Origin: an uncultured Acetatifactor sp.
GTDB lineage: Bacteria; Bacillota; Clostridia; Lachnospirales; Lachnospiraceae
Direction of reading: 5' to 3'
NCBI GenBank assembly: GCA_910587755.1
Contig: CAJUNZ010000003.1
Span: 1,908-65,907 of the forward strand
DNA length: 64,000 nucleotides
The position numbers and the translations under genes are program-made. Below are positions 26,579 through 38,280 of the stretch, in pieces. Each line of letters begins with the position of its first letter. Within the stretch, counting starts at the first letter, position 1. Below the pieces are notes generated by a model. That model was given only the letters and a program-made list of their open reading frames with translations. It was not told where the DNA came from and searched no databases.

Positions 26579-27676
26579 TTATGATTTTTTCCTGTGCTCT
26601 TCTATTTTGCAGGTGTGTTCTTTGCTTTTGTTTTGAATAAGTCTTGCCACCTCTGTATGTTTTCCTGCAGACACCGCGCGGACAAATTCTTCGCGCACCT
26701 CCTCATTGGGAATATAAACAGATCTGCTGTCAATATCATAGGCCAGATAACCCAGATGGACTAACAGTGTGAGAACATCGTCCCTGCACTGGATCGTGGT
26801 CTCCGACTGAGTCCAGTAACTGCCAATCCGTTTTCGCTGTATGGCCTCCATCACTGACTTGGGGCTGTAGATATGCACGCCATCCCCCATCCTATACCCA
26901 TCATACCATTTGCGGATCTCATCGAAAGCAATCCTCGAGCCCGTGCACAGCTCCTGCACCTCCTGCTGTGTAAAACCCACAAACTCTTCCAATGGTTCCG
27001 GCTGCGTCATAGTATATTCCCGAAAATCTGTCATGGCAGAATGGGTACCGTATTTCTTGATGGGCAGAATTCCCGTCATATACGCCGCCTCTATCATCTT
27101 ATCCGTCTTTCCACTGTTTTTAAACAATCCTCGTAAAAGCTGGATATAGGATTCCTGCAGCATGCTGTCTCTCTTGTCTTCACGAAACAACGCATCCCAT
27201 TCATCAATAATAAAGATAAATTTGTGTCCTGTGGCCTCTGCTATACCATAAAGCATATTGGGCAGATCAGCCTCCCTCTCCACATTCGGGTAAGCAGCGC
27301 TCAGTTCCTCAATGACTCTGGCCTCCAGGTTGATAACAATATTGGGTATCTCACCTTTGATGAACGCATCCGAAGTAAACTCTGTAATATCTAAATAGAT
27401 TACATCATATTGATTCAGATATTCATCAAAAGATTTGTCTGCAGAAATCTTCATCCCCTCAAACAGCTCCCGCGAACAGCAGCTTCTGTCATAATAGGCG
27501 CACAGCATTTTCGCCGCAAATGACTTTCCAAACCGGCGCGGCCTGCTGACACAAGTCAGTTTGTCGGAAGTTCCCAGAGTGCCATTGACAAAGGAGATCA
27601 TTCCCGTCTTGTCCACATAATTACTTTTTCTGATGGATGCAAAGCCGGCATTTCCCACATTCAAGTATTTACCCAT
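26579..27676 (-). pseudogene. AAA-ATPase-like / PD-(D/E)XK family gene, apparently internally deleted (nuclease domain missing)
   Basis: YVDKT, SRPRRFGKS, IIDEWD, WYDGY, LLVHLGYL present; short, and jumps straight to the terminal KEHTCKIE segment. Confidence 0.6.
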
Positions 27677-27925
27677 GCGAAATATCATCCCTCTTCCATA
27701 TATTCTCTATAATCCGCTTCACAGGAAAACAGCATATACAATCCATTCACCCATCCCATATAGCCCTCCGAAGTGTTATACCCTTTCATATGCTTCCTCC
27801 TCTCTCAAATTCAGCCTGCAGCTGTTTCTGAGAAAAAATTTAACACATTATAAGGATAATAAAACTCCCTTAAAGACCACACTGGAGCGGCAGACCTGCC
27901 TCCGTCTGCCCATCTTCTCCGGATA

Positions 27926-30900
27926 TCAGACTTCCTTCCCTTCCACAGGTATCAAAACCTTCATCTCCGCTAAAAGCTCTTCCGTCCTGCCCAGGAGCAG
28001 CAGGGCGTCCGTCTCCACCAGCTCTGTTTTCTTATATTTATAGGTAAAGAACGGCGCGCCGTAAGCGGTAAAGGCAAGATCTTTTCCATGCTTTTTCAAC
28101 AGCCCCGGGATCTTCTCCGGATCCACCCCGGCATCCGGCCGAAAGGTAAAAGTGATCCTGCCGTTCTTGCCCTTTACCTCCGTCATCCCCAGCCCGTGGG
28201 CCGCCACCCGGATCAGAGCAATCCGCAGCAGATTGTCCACGGACTTGGGGATCTCTCCGAAGCGGTCCAGAAGCTCATCCTTCATGTCATCCCGCTCTTT
28301 CTGGTTTTCAATGCCCGCAATACGCTTGTAGATATCCAGCTTCTGAACCTCATTCACAATGTAGGAAGGAGGGATAAAAGCGTCCACATCCAGGTCGATG
28401 AGGGTGGCAAAATCCTCCGCAGGCCCGCCTCCTTTCAGGGTCCGCACCGCCTCGTTGAGCATCTTGCAGTACAGGTCATAGCCCACGGCCTCCATGTGCC
28501 CGTGCTGCCGCACGCCCAGAAGATTGCCCGCCCCCCGGATCTCCAGATCCCGCATGGCAATCTTAAAACCGCTGCCCAGATCCGTGAATTCCCGAATGGC
28601 AGCCAGACGTTTTTCCGCCACCTCCTTGAGCATCTTATCCCTCTTATACATAAGGAAGGCATAGGCGCTGCGGTTGGAGCGCCCCACCCGCCCCCGGAGC
28701 TGATAGAGCTGGGACAGCCCCAGGTTGTCGGAGTCGTGGATAATCATGGTGTTCACATTGGAGATGTCCAGCCCTGTCTCAATGATGGTGGTGGATACAA
28801 GCACATCCAGCTCCCCATTGATAAAGTCCAGCATGATCGCCTCCAGCTCATCCTCCTTCATCTGCCCATGGGCGTAGGCCACCTGAGCCTCCGGCACCAG
28901 GGCCGCAATCTGGGCGGTCACATCGGCAATACTGCTCACCCGGTTGTACACATAGTACACCTGGCCCTGACGGGCCAGCTCCCGGCAGATGGCCTCCCGC
29001 ACCATCTCCTCGTTGTACTCGCAGACAAAGGTCTGGATGGGCTGCCTGTCCCCGGGAGGCTCCTCCAGAACGCTCATATCCCGTATACCGATCAGGCTCA
29101 TGTGCAGGGTCCGGGGGATGGGCGTGGCCGTCAGGGTCAGCACGTCCACATTCTCCTTCAGCTTCTTGATCTTCTCCTTGTGAGCCACCCCGAACCGCTG
29201 CTCCTCGTCTATGACCAGAAGGCCCAGATCCTTGAACACCACATCCTTGGACAGCACCCGGTGGGTGCCGATGAGGATGTCCACAAGGCCCTTTCGCAGA
29301 TCCTCCACGGTCTTGCGGATCTCTCCCCCACTGCGGAAGCGGCTCATCAGATCCACCCGGATAGGATAGTCCTTCATGCGCTGGAGAAAATTGGCATAGT
29401 GCTGCTGGGCCAGGATGGTTGTGGGCACCAGATAGACTACCTGCTTGCCCTCCTGCACCGCCTTGAACGCCGCCCGAATGGCAATCTCCGTCTTGCCGTA
29501 TCCCACATCCCCGCAGATCAGCCGGTCCATAATTTTCCCGCTCTCCATATCCGCCTTGGTGTCTGAAATGGCCGCCAGCTGATCCTCCGTCTCCTCAAAG
29601 GGAAACATCTCCTCAAACTCCCGCTGCCACACGGTGTCCTTCTCAAACTGGTAGCCCTGGCTCTTCTGACGCACCGCGTACAGCTCCACCAGATCCTGGG
29701 CCACCTCGTTGACGGCGCTGCGCACTTTGGTCTTGGTGCGCTCCCACTCCTTGGTGCCCAGTTTGTTGAGCTTGGGCCTCTTGGCCTCTGCGGAGGCATA
29801 TTTCTGGATCACATCAAGACCGGTGGCAAGCACATAGAGATTGCCCCCATCCCGGTACTCTATCTTGATATAGTCCTTGACCACGCCCTCCATCTCCACC
29901 TTCTCAATCCCCCGGTAGATGCCCAGGCCGTGGCTCTCATGCACCACATAATCCCCCACCTTCAGCTCGTTGAAATCCTTGATCTTCTGCCCCTGGTAGA
30001 GTTTCTTCGCCTTTCTCTTTTTCTTTTCCCCGCCGAAGATATCCGTCTCCGACAGCACCACAAACTTTAACAGCGGATACTCAAATCCCTTATCCACATG
30101 CCCGTAATAAGTTACCACTTCCCCGGGCTGTACCTCCCGCATAGGATCCTCGGTGTACACCGCCGACAGCTCCTGATCCCGCAGATCCTCCGCCAGACGC
30201 CTGGCCCTGGTGCGGGAACCTGACAGAAGCAGCACCCGGCAGCCGTTCTTCCGGTACATCTTCAGATCCTTCAAAAGGGCCTCAAAGCTGTTGTTGTAGG
30301 AGGCCACATTCCTGGCCGAGATATCCGCCTTAAGATCCGCCTTAAAATACCCCTTGGACTCCATGGTGGCTATTGTCACCACACAGCTGCGCTGGAGCCT
30401 GGCCGCCACCTGCTCCCCGCTGTAGAGCAGGTTCATCTGGCCCGGCAGGATATACCCCTTCTCCGCCCGCTGCTTCATGCTCTCGGAAAATTCCAGCTCC
30501 ACCGCCTGGGCCTGCTCCCGGACCCTGGCAGGCTCCTCCACAAAAAACAAGGGCTTCAGATTCCCTCCCGCCCGCAGGAAAAGCTCCGGCAGCGTCACCG
30601 TATCCTCATAAAAATAGCGGATATATCCCTCCAGATTCACCTTGGTGCGAAACTCCAGAAGCGCCTCCTTCAGCTCCCGGATCTGAGCGGCAATCCGGCC
30701 TGCCTCCTCTGTCCGGAAAGAGTCTCTGAAAATCTTCTGCTGCCTGGCCGCCTCCTCCTGCAGCTTCTCCAGCCCCGCCCGTATGCGCCCTTCCTCCAGC
30801 ACAAATTCCGTGGCCGGAAACACGCAGATGCTCTCCAGTTTTTCTATGGATCGCTGGCTGAGCACATCAAAGCTGCGGATGGACTCCACTTCTTCCCCCC

Positions 30901-31531
30901 ACAGCTCCACGCGGTAAGGATTCTCCTCCGTGAGGTCAAAAACGTCCACAATGCCGCCCCGGACAGAAAACTGCCCGGGACTTTCCACCTGGGGCACCTT
31001 CTCATATCCCATGTCCACCAGGCGGCGGGCAAACGCCTTCTCCTGCACCAGGCTCCCCAGGCCCAGATCCAGGATGTCTTTCTCCCTGTCCCACATGGCC
31101 AGGGGCGTCATCAGAGCCGCATAGGTAGTCACCACCGTGACGGGCTTTCTCTCCATCAGCCTCCGCAGCACCTTCACCCTCTCCCTGACCAGCTGGTTGC
31201 CGTGGATATCCGCCTGGAAGAAGATCAGATCCTTGGCAGGAAAGAGCATGACATTCCTATCATAGAACTTGTACTCCTCATAGATCTCCCTGGCCTTCAG
31301 ATCGCTGTAGGTGACGATGACTTTGGTGCGGACCCCCTCGCTGAGCCCATAGATCATATGCAGCTTCTGAGAGTCCACACACCCGGTCAGGGATACCACG
31401 TATGAGGCCCCGTCGGAAAGCGTTCCCCCCACCCCCGGCTGTCCGCCGGCAGTTCGTATGCCCTTCCTCAGCAGCTCCTTGATGCTGCCATATTCCGCCA
31501 GTTCCCGGAGCGGTGCCAGTAATGCCTGCAT
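27926..31531 (-). CDS. mfd: Transcription-repair coupling factor
   Basis: CarD-like RID, GDVGYGKT, DEEQRFG, QLRGRVGRS, DLEIRGAGNLLG. Confidence 0.98.
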   Translation of the reverse strand: MQALLAPLRELAEYGSIKELLRKGIRTAGGQPGVGGTLSDGASYVVSLTGCVDSQKLHMIYGLSEGVRTKVIVTYSDLKAREIYEEYKFYDRNVMLFPAKDLIFFQADIHGNQLVRERVKVLRRLMERKPVTVVTTYAALMTPLAMWDREKDILDLGLGSLVQEKAFARRLVDMGYEKVPQVESPGQFSVRGGIVDVFDLTEENPYRVELWGEEVESIRSFDVLSQRSIEKLESICVFPATEFVLEEGRIRAGLEKLQEEAARQQKIFRDSFRTEEAGRIAAQIRELKEALLEFRTKVNLEGYIRYFYEDTVTLPELFLRAGGNLKPLFFVEEPARVREQAQAVELEFSESMKQRAEKGYILPGQMNLLYSGEQVAARLQRSCVVTIATMESKGYFKADLKADISARNVASYNNSFEALLKDLKMYRKNGCRVLLLSGSRTRARRLAEDLRDQELSAVYTEDPMREVQPGEVVTYYGHVDKGFEYPLLKFVVLSETDIFGGEKKKRKAKKLYQGQKIKDFNELKVGDYVVHESHGLGIYRGIEKVEMEGVVKDYIKIEYRDGGNLYVLATGLDVIQKYASAEAKRPKLNKLGTKEWERTKTKVRSAVNEVAQDLVELYAVRQKSQGYQFEKDTVWQREFEEMFPFEETEDQLAAISDTKADMESGKIMDRLICGDVGYGKTEIAIRAAFKAVQEGKQVVYLVPTTILAQQHYANFLQRMKDYPIRVDLMSRFRSGGEIRKTVEDLRKGLVDILIGTHRVLSKDVVFKDLGLLVIDEEQRFGVAHKEKIKKLKENVDVLTLTATPIPRTLHMSLIGIRDMSVLEEPPGDRQPIQTFVCEYNEEMVREAICRELARQGQVYYVYNRVSSIADVTAQIAALVPEAQVAYAHGQMKEDELEAIMLDFINGELDVLVSTTIIETGLDISNVNTMIIHDSDNLGLSQLYQLRGRVGRSNRSAYAFLMYKRDKMLKEVAEKRLAAIREFTDLGSGFKIAMRDLEIRGAGNLLGVRQHGHMEAVGYDLYCKMLNEAVRTLKGGGPAEDFATLIDLDVDAFIPPSYIVNEVQKLDIYKRIAGIENQKERDDMKDELLDRFGEIPKSVDNLLRIALIRVAAHGLGMTEVKGKNGRITFTFRPDAGVDPEKIPGLLKKHGKDLAFTAYGAPFFTYKYKKTELVETDALLLLGRTEELLAEMKVLIPVEGKEV

Positions 31532-31541
31532 TGTCTGCCTC

Positions 31542-32165
31542 CTATATTTCCGGCGCGGAAACGCCCTTCCGTACCCCGCCTCCCTCGTCCTGAGCTTTTT
31601 TTACGCTGTTATATTGATTCATGGCGGCATCCGGCCCCTGGGCAAGGATTGCGCGGATGGCATCCGCCGCCCGGGCCTCAGTCTCATCCACCGCCTTCCT
31701 GTCCTGGGCAGAAAAACGCCCCAGCACATGGTCCACCAGATCCCACCCTCTGGGCTTCTCCCCCACGCCGATCTTTACCCGGATAAAGCTGTCGTGGCCC
31801 AGATTGGCAATGATGTTTTTCAGGCCATTATGCCCTCCCGCGCTGCCCTTTTTGCGGATCCGCATCTGCCCCACATCCAGACTGATGTCATCGGAGATCA
31901 CAATCAGCTCCGTGGTCTGGTCCACCTTATAATATTCCGCCAGCGCCCTGACACTCTCCCCGCTGAGGTTCATAAAAGTCTGAGGCCTGGCCAGGACACA
32001 TTTCCGCCCCTCCACAGTCCCCTTCCCTATGACGGCCCTGTGCTTTTTCTCCAGAACGGAGATATTCTCCTGGGCCGCCAGAATGTCAATGACGTCAAAT
32101 CCCACATTGTGCCTGGTCCCGGCATATTCCTTTCCAGGATTTCCAAGTCCTACTATAATATACAT
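31542..32165 (-). CDS. pth: Peptidyl-tRNA hydrolase
   Basis: IVGLGNPG, TRHNVGF, GSAGGHNGLK. Confidence 0.98.
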   Translation of the reverse strand: MYIIVGLGNPGKEYAGTRHNVGFDVIDILAAQENISVLEKKHRAVIGKGTVEGRKCVLARPQTFMNLSGESVRALAEYYKVDQTTELIVISDDISLDVGQMRIRKKGSAGGHNGLKNIIANLGHDSFIRVKIGVGEKPRGWDLVDHVLGRFSAQDRKAVDETEARAADAIRAILAQGPDAAMNQYNSVKKAQDEGGGVRKGVSAPEI

Positions 32166-32287
32166 GATTCATCCCCCTGATTGTGGTGTTATTATAATAA
32201 AAATGCCCGGAAAAGTAAAGACCGGAGAGGATTTAAAAAATGCCATGGCTCCGACCGCCATGGCATTTCGCTGTCCTGTTACTGGCT

Positions 32288-32560
32288 CTATTCCACATCC
32301 GGCTCCAGCAGAGCCTTCTCATAGCTCTCCAGAATAATCTTCTGGACAACCTCCCTTGTGTAGGAATTAATCGGATGCGCAATGTCCCTGTACTCCCCGT
32401 CTGCCGCCTTCTTGCTGGGCATTGCAATAAACAATCCCTTGTCCCCCTCGATCACCTTGATGTCATGAATCACAAACTCATCGTCCAAGGTAATAGACAC
32501 AATCGCCCTCATCTTGCCTTCCCTTGCAATTTTACGTACTCGAACATCTGTAACCTTCAT
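32288..32560 (-). CDS. spoVG: Septation regulator SpoVG
   Basis: [25 protein letters not shown]. Confidence 0.97.
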   Translation of the reverse strand: MKVTDVRVRKIAREGKMRAIVSITLDDEFVIHDIKVIEGDKGLFIAMPSKKAADGEYRDIAHPINSYTREVVQKIILESYEKALLEPDVE

Positions 32561-32717
32561 CTGTTACCCTCCTTTAATAAAAACCATTATGCGGACGGTA
32601 TAGTTGAGTCAGCCATGCCATTATGTCGAGCGTCCGCTCCATAGAAACGATTGTACAAGTACCTCATCCTGCCGGCCAAGACGGGCAGGACATGAGACAA
32701 GACAATATTCCCACACG

Positions 32718-33839
32718 CTACATTGTATATCTCTCATTGCGTTCTACCACAATGCGGATATCCCCATTTTCCCCTGTGAAGCGGGAATTTGCACGAATGG
32801 TGCCGCGGCTTTCTACGATGCAGTTTTCTATGTATGTGTTATCGCCGATATAGACATCATTCAATATAATGGAATTCCTGATAACACAGTTGTTTCCGAT
32901 ATAGCTCTTCTTGAAGACCACGGAGTTCTCCACCACTCCATTTACGATACAGCCGCTGGAAAGCAGGCTGTTCTTCACACTGGTACCCACATTGTACTTT
33001 GCAGGTGCAAGGTCGTCAACTTTTGAATAAATATCCGGATACTGCTTAAAAAAATAATCCCTCACCTCAGGTTTCAGGAAATCCATATTGGTTCCATAGT
33101 AGTCCTCTACGGAGGCAATGTTCCTCCAGTAATCTTTTATCTTATAGCCGTACATCCGCTTCAGATCTTTGTAGCGGATCAGCACATCCCTCACAAAATC
33201 ATATCTGTCCTCCTCCTGGCACCTCTCGATCATCTCTATGAGCTGCCGCCTGCGGAGAATGTATATGCCGCAGGAGATCACCCGGGATTTGGCCATCAGA
33301 GGCTTCTCCTCGAACTCCTCAATACGGCACTCCTCGTTCATGCGGACGGTGCCGAACCGTTCCACACTGCCCTGGGGGCCCATGTCCCGGCACACCACCG
33401 TGATATCCGCTTTTTTACCAATATGGTATTCCAGCATTTTGTTGAAATCCATCTTGTACACACAGTCCCCGGAGGCAATCACCACATAGGGCTCGTGACT
33501 GCTCTTCAGGAAGGAAAGATTCTGGTAAATGGCATCCGCCGTGCCCCTGTACCAGCTGCTGTTATCCGCCGTCACCACGGGAGTGAACACGAAAAGCCCT
33601 CCCTGCTTGCGGCCGAAATCCCACCATTTGGAAGAACTCAGGTGCTCGTTCAGGCTCCTGGCATTGTACTGGGTGAACACCGCCACCTTCTGAATATGGG
33701 AATTCGCCATATTGCTCAGGGTAAAGTCTATGCTCCGGTAGCTTCCCGCAATGGGCATGGCACAGATGGCCCTGTTTCGGGACAGTTCCCGCATCCTGCG
33801 GTTGTTGCCCCCCGCTAAAATGATTCCGATTGCCCTCAC
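32718..33839 (-). CDS. glgD: Glucose-1-phosphate adenylyltransferase subunit GlgD
   Basis: [19 protein letters not shown]; follows glgC. Confidence 0.93.
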   Translation of the reverse strand: MRAIGIILAGGNNRRMRELSRNRAICAMPIAGSYRSIDFTLSNMANSHIQKVAVFTQYNARSLNEHLSSSKWWDFGRKQGGLFVFTPVVTADNSSWYRGTADAIYQNLSFLKSSHEPYVVIASGDCVYKMDFNKMLEYHIGKKADITVVCRDMGPQGSVERFGTVRMNEECRIEEFEEKPLMAKSRVISCGIYILRRRQLIEMIERCQEEDRYDFVRDVLIRYKDLKRMYGYKIKDYWRNIASVEDYYGTNMDFLKPEVRDYFFKQYPDIYSKVDDLAPAKYNVGTSVKNSLLSSGCIVNGVVENSVVFKKSYIGNNCVIRNSIILNDVYIGDNTYIENCIVESRGTIRANSRFTGENGDIRIVVERNERYTM

Positions 33840-35110
33840 TGCTGTTCACCTACCTTAATCAATGTACCGCCCCCTGCCAGACAGGAGTTCGGATAGTCCT
33901 CCTGGGTGGTGGGACCGAAGATAACCGAGTTCTTGCCCACTGTGATCCCGGCGGGTATGACGCTCCTCTCCCCCACTGTGACAATGCCATGGTTGTAGAT
34001 ATGGGGGGCTGTGTCGTTCTCCGCCTCTTCCCCTATCCCCAGACGTGTGCCCGGGCCGATCTCCACATCCTCCGCCACAATGGCTTTGTACAGCTCACAG
34101 TTTTCTCCTACACAAGTGTGGTTCATTACAATGGAATCCCTGACCACAGCATTTTTTCCGATAACGACACCACAGCCTATGACAGAATTGTATACCTGCC
34201 CGTATACTTCTGTGCCCTCCCCTATGATGCTGCGCTCCACCACACTGTCCCCCGAAAAATACTGTGGCGGCTGTATCTCACTCTTGGTGTAGATCTTCCA
34301 GAACTCCTCGTACAGGTTAAACTCCGGCACAATGTCGATGAGCTCCATGTTGGCCTCCCAGTAGGAGTGCAGGGTTCCCACATCCTTCCAGTAGCCCGAG
34401 AACTCATAGGCGTAGAGGGAAGCCCCTTTCCTGTGGCAGTACGGGATCACATGCTTGCCGAAATCCAGCGCCGGCTGGCTGGCCATGGACATCAGAGCCT
34501 TCTTCAAAGTCTCCCAGTTGAAAATGTAGATTCCCATACTGGCCAGATTGCTCCTGGGATGTTTGGGCTTTTCCTCAAACTCTGTGATCTTCCTGTTCTC
34601 GTCAGCTATCATAATGCCGAATCTGCCGGCCTCCTCCAGAGGCACCGGCATCACCGCGATGGTGACTTCTCCCCCGCAGGACTTGTGAAAATCCAACATG
34701 ATCTCATAGTCCATCTTATAGATGTGATCCCCTGAGAGGATCAGCACATAGTCCGGGTGGAAACTCTCCATATATTCCAGATTCTGGTAGATGGCGTTGG
34801 CCGTACCTGTGTACCACTCACTGTTGGAAAGCTTCTCATAGGGCGGCAGCACCGTCACACCTCCGATATTCCGATCCAGATCCCAGGGGATCCCGATGCC
34901 GATATGGGTGTTCAGCCGGAGAGGCTGGTACTGGGTCAGCACCCCCACCGTGTCCACGCCCGAATTGATGCAGTTGGAGAGGGGAAAATCAATAATGCGA
35001 TATTTCCCTCCAAAGGATACCGCCGGCTTCGCCATCTTGGACGTGAGCACTCCCAACCGGCTGCCCTGCCCCCCTGCCAGAAGCATGGCAATCATTTCTT
35101 TTTTAATCAT
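33836..35110 (-). CDS. glgC: Glucose-1-phosphate adenylyltransferase
   Basis: [32 protein letters not shown]. Confidence 0.97.
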   Translation of the reverse strand: MIKKEMIAMLLAGGQGSRLGVLTSKMAKPAVSFGGKYRIIDFPLSNCINSGVDTVGVLTQYQPLRLNTHIGIGIPWDLDRNIGGVTVLPPYEKLSNSEWYTGTANAIYQNLEYMESFHPDYVLILSGDHIYKMDYEIMLDFHKSCGGEVTIAVMPVPLEEAGRFGIMIADENRKITEFEEKPKHPRSNLASMGIYIFNWETLKKALMSMASQPALDFGKHVIPYCHRKGASLYAYEFSGYWKDVGTLHSYWEANMELIDIVPEFNLYEEFWKIYTKSEIQPPQYFSGDSVVERSIIGEGTEVYGQVYNSVIGCGVVIGKNAVVRDSIVMNHTCVGENCELYKAIVAEDVEIGPGTRLGIGEEAENDTAPHIYNHGIVTVGERSVIPAGITVGKNSVIFGPTTQEDYPNSCLAGGGTLIKVGEQQ

Positions 35111-35422
35111 CTCCGCACCCCCCTGCAGTCCAGTACTGGCTTTAAAAGCATTATAGCATACGTTTTTGCAAAATGGAATATTATCTGCTCAAAAAACTTA
35201 TCCCTTCCACCATTTTCTATGAAAATCCAACATATTTTTCTACCGGCCTTAGAAGACGTTTGTCCATTAGTGCCAATTTTTCTTCCAGTTTTTCCCATTC
35301 GCCTCCTACATTTTAGACATTTTTTAATCCATATTCCCTTCTGCGATTTTTCAATTGTTTTTTCAGAGAATACTGCTTATAATATATAGTAACAAAAATT
35401 TATAGAAAAGGAAGTGCATCCC

Positions 35423-36802
35423 ATGTATAAACTTGATTTTTCCCACCCCTGTTCCCTGTATTTTGTAGGCATCGGGGGCATCAGCATGTGCTGCCTGGCG
35501 GAGCTGCTGGCGGACGCCGGATTCCGGGTTCAGGGTTCCGACCGGACTAAGAGCCACCTGACAGATGTGCTGGAGTCAAAGGGCATCACCGTCCACATCG
35601 GACAGCGGGCTCAGAACATTCCACAGGATGTTGACTGTGCAGTCTTTACCGGCGCCATCCATCCCGACAACCCTGAGTACATCGCCGTCCAGGAGCGGAA
35701 CATCCCCCGTCTCACCAGAGGGGAGCTTATGGGGCAGATCATGAAAAACTACCGTATCCCCATAGGCATCAGCGGCACCCACGGCAAGACCACCACCACT
35801 TCCATGGTAAGCGAGATCCTGCTGATGGCGGACACTGACCCCACTCTTTCCGTGGGGGGGATTCTCCGCAGCATCGGGGGCAATATGCGCATCGGAGGCA
35901 GGGAGTACTTTGTCACGGAAGCCTGCGAGTACACCAACAGCTTCTTAAGCTTCTCCCCCAGAATCGGCGTGATCCTGAACATTGATGAGGACCACCTGGA
36001 CTTCTTTAAAGACCTTGACGACATACGCCATTCCTTCCGCCGCTATGCACAGCTGCTGCCTGCCGACGGCTGTCTGATTATCAACGGGGAGATTCCTCAT
36101 CTGGAGGAAATCACCCAGGGGCTGGAATGCTCCGTAATCACTTTCGGCGGCAGTCCCGCCTGCGACTACCATCCCCTTCAGACCACCTACAACCAGGATG
36201 GGTGCGCCTGTTTCAGCCTTCAGGGGAAAGGACGGTCCCTGGGGCAGTTCACCCTGCAGGTGCCCGGAGAACACAATCTGTACAATGCCCTGGCCGCGGC
36301 TGCCCTGGCGGACCTGCTGTCCATAGACACTGACGTCATCCGGGATGCGCTTTATGGCTTCCGGGGAACGGACCGGCGCTTTGAGCACAAGGGAGACGTG
36401 GGCGGGGTCACTGTCATCGACGACTACGCCCATCACCCCACGGAGATCAGAGCCACCCTGAGCTCCGCAGCCAATATTCCCCACAGCACCCTCTGGTGTG
36501 TCTTCCAGCCCCACACCTACTCCCGCACCAAAACTTTTATGAAAGAGTTCGCCCAGGCCCTGTCCCTGGCGGACAAAGTGGTGCTGACCGAGATCTTTCC
36601 CGCCAGAGAGACGGACACCCTGGGCATCAGCTCCCGGGATCTGCAGCAGGAGATCCGCGCTCTGGGCCAGGAGTGCTTTTATTTTTCCACTTTTGATGAG
36701 GTGGAAAACTTTCTGCTGAAAAACTGCATAAAGGGTGACATGTTGATAACTATGGGGGCAGGGGACGTGCATAAAATCGGGGAAAATCTGCTTGGAACGT
36801 AG
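35423..36802 (+). CDS. murC: UDP-N-acetylmuramate--L-alanine ligase
   Basis: VGIGGISM, GTHGKTTT, EACEY, DDYAHHPTEI, FQPHTYSRT. Promoter TTGTTT-17-TATAAT at 35355-35383. Confidence 0.97.
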   Translation: MYKLDFSHPCSLYFVGIGGISMCCLAELLADAGFRVQGSDRTKSHLTDVLESKGITVHIGQRAQNIPQDVDCAVFTGAIHPDNPEYIAVQERNIPRLTRGELMGQIMKNYRIPIGISGTHGKTTTTSMVSEILLMADTDPTLSVGGILRSIGGNMRIGGREYFVTEACEYTNSFLSFSPRIGVILNIDEDHLDFFKDLDDIRHSFRRYAQLLPADGCLIINGEIPHLEEITQGLECSVITFGGSPACDYHPLQTTYNQDGCACFSLQGKGRSLGQFTLQVPGEHNLYNALAAAALADLLSIDTDVIRDALYGFRGTDRRFEHKGDVGGVTVIDDYAHHPTEIRATLSSAANIPHSTLWCVFQPHTYSRTKTFMKEFAQALSLADKVVLTEIFPARETDTLGISSRDLQQEIRALGQECFYFSTFDEVENFLLKNCIKGDMLITMGAGDVHKIGENLLGT

Positions 36803-36949
36803 TTATCCACATTATCCACAGTCAGAAGGGTGGATATCCTCCCCTCCCGCCTGTGGGTATCTCTGCTCCGGCGGTGGATAATTTTCGCCTCCGCCAGGGC
36901 AGATTTCCAACATTTTCACATTTTTATCCACTTATCCACATTTTCCACA
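36803..36949. promoter_or_regulatory. DnaA-box cluster
   Basis: TTATCCACA at 36803, 36812 and 36932; near-matches at 36829, 36852, 36873 (reverse), 36924 and 36941. Confidence 0.85.
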
Positions 36950-37069
36950 TTTTCTGCCTTTTTCTGTCCTCCGACAAAAGCCTTGATTTTTTCGGGAAAT
37001 TTCACTATTTCCTTTTCAAATCCCTTATGATATACTCTGTGTACCAAGTCTGGAAGGAGAGTGCAGCCA

Positions 37070-38254
37070 ATGTCGGGGTTGACAGTTTATACGGACCGCC
37101 ACGCAGGTTCCACCGTGGTATCCAATCTTTTTATTGATGAATATATGAAGGACGCCAATGACGCGCAGCTGAAGATCTATCTTTATCTGCTGCGGATGAT
37201 GCATGCCCGGCAGGGCACCAGCGTCTCCGACATTGCGGACAGGTTCAACCACACTGAGAAGGACGTTCTGCGGGCTCTCCAGTACTGGGAAAAGCGCGGG
37301 ATCCTGGAGCTTGACTACGACAGCAGCCGGAACCTGTCGGGAATCCACGTCCATGATCCGGGGCAGGCTTCCCGCCGGGAAGAGTCCTGTGACAGCAGGC
37401 CGGCCCAGAACCAGGTGCAGGGCCCCTGGACCCGCATGACGGGAACGGGGCAGCCTCTGAGCCAGAGCTGTTCTGTGTCCGGGGACCAGTCCGAGGACAC
37501 TGCGCAGACCCATTTCCAGACAGAAGAGAAAGAATCCCGCACCGGCAAGGCAGCTTCCCAGGTTCTGCCGGAGGCCTCCTGCTATGAAAAGCCCACCTAC
37601 TCGGCGGACCAGCTGCAGGCGTTCAAGAACCGTCAGGATACCGCCCAGCTTCTCTTTATCGCAGAATCCTACATCGGAAAGCCCCTTACCGCCTCCGAGA
37701 TGAAAGCCATCCTCTATTTTACGGACGTGCTTCACTTCTCCGACGACCTGATAGACTATCTGATTCAGTACTGTGTGGACAGGGGAAAGAAGGATTTCAA
37801 ATACATAGAAAAAGTTGCCCTGAACTGGGCGCAGGAAGGCATCACCTCCCCGGGGGACGCTCAGAAACATGCCTCCCGCTATGACAGGAATGTGTACACC
37901 ATTATGAACGGCCTGGGCAAGAGCAGCTCCCCCACCACCCGGGAGATGGAATACATCCTCCGCTGGACAAAGGACTATGCCTTCACCACGGACATTATCA
38001 TCGAGGCCTGCGAGCGCACGGTTCTGGCCACGGACAAGCACCGTTTCGAGTATGCGGATGGCATTCTGAGCAGCTGGAAACGCCAGAATGTTCACCACAA
38101 ATCGGACATTGCAAAAGCTGACCAGATGCATCAGCAGAAAAAGAAGGGCACCTCAGGCCAGCCCCAGGCAAAGCAGGGCGCAAACCGGTTCAATCAGTTT
38201 ACCCAGAACCAGTATGACTTCGCACTCCTGGAGCAGGAACTCATCAGCAACTGA
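37070..38254 (+). CDS. dnaD: DnaD/DnaB domain replication protein
   Basis: SNLFIDEYM...LKIYLYLL; two DnaB_2 domains (YIEKVALNW, YADGILSSW). Extended -10 TGATATACT at 37028-37036. Confidence 0.85.
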   Translation: MSGLTVYTDRHAGSTVVSNLFIDEYMKDANDAQLKIYLYLLRMMHARQGTSVSDIADRFNHTEKDVLRALQYWEKRGILELDYDSSRNLSGIHVHDPGQASRREESCDSRPAQNQVQGPWTRMTGTGQPLSQSCSVSGDQSEDTAQTHFQTEEKESRTGKAASQVLPEASCYEKPTYSADQLQAFKNRQDTAQLLFIAESYIGKPLTASEMKAILYFTDVLHFSDDLIDYLIQYCVDRGKKDFKYIEKVALNWAQEGITSPGDAQKHASRYDRNVYTIMNGLGKSSSPTTREMEYILRWTKDYAFTTDIIIEACERTVLATDKHRFEYADGILSSWKRQNVHHKSDIAKADQMHQQKKKGTSGQPQAKQGANRFNQFTQNQYDFALLEQELISN

Positions 38255-38280
38255 GAAACAGGGAAGGCAAGGAGAACATT

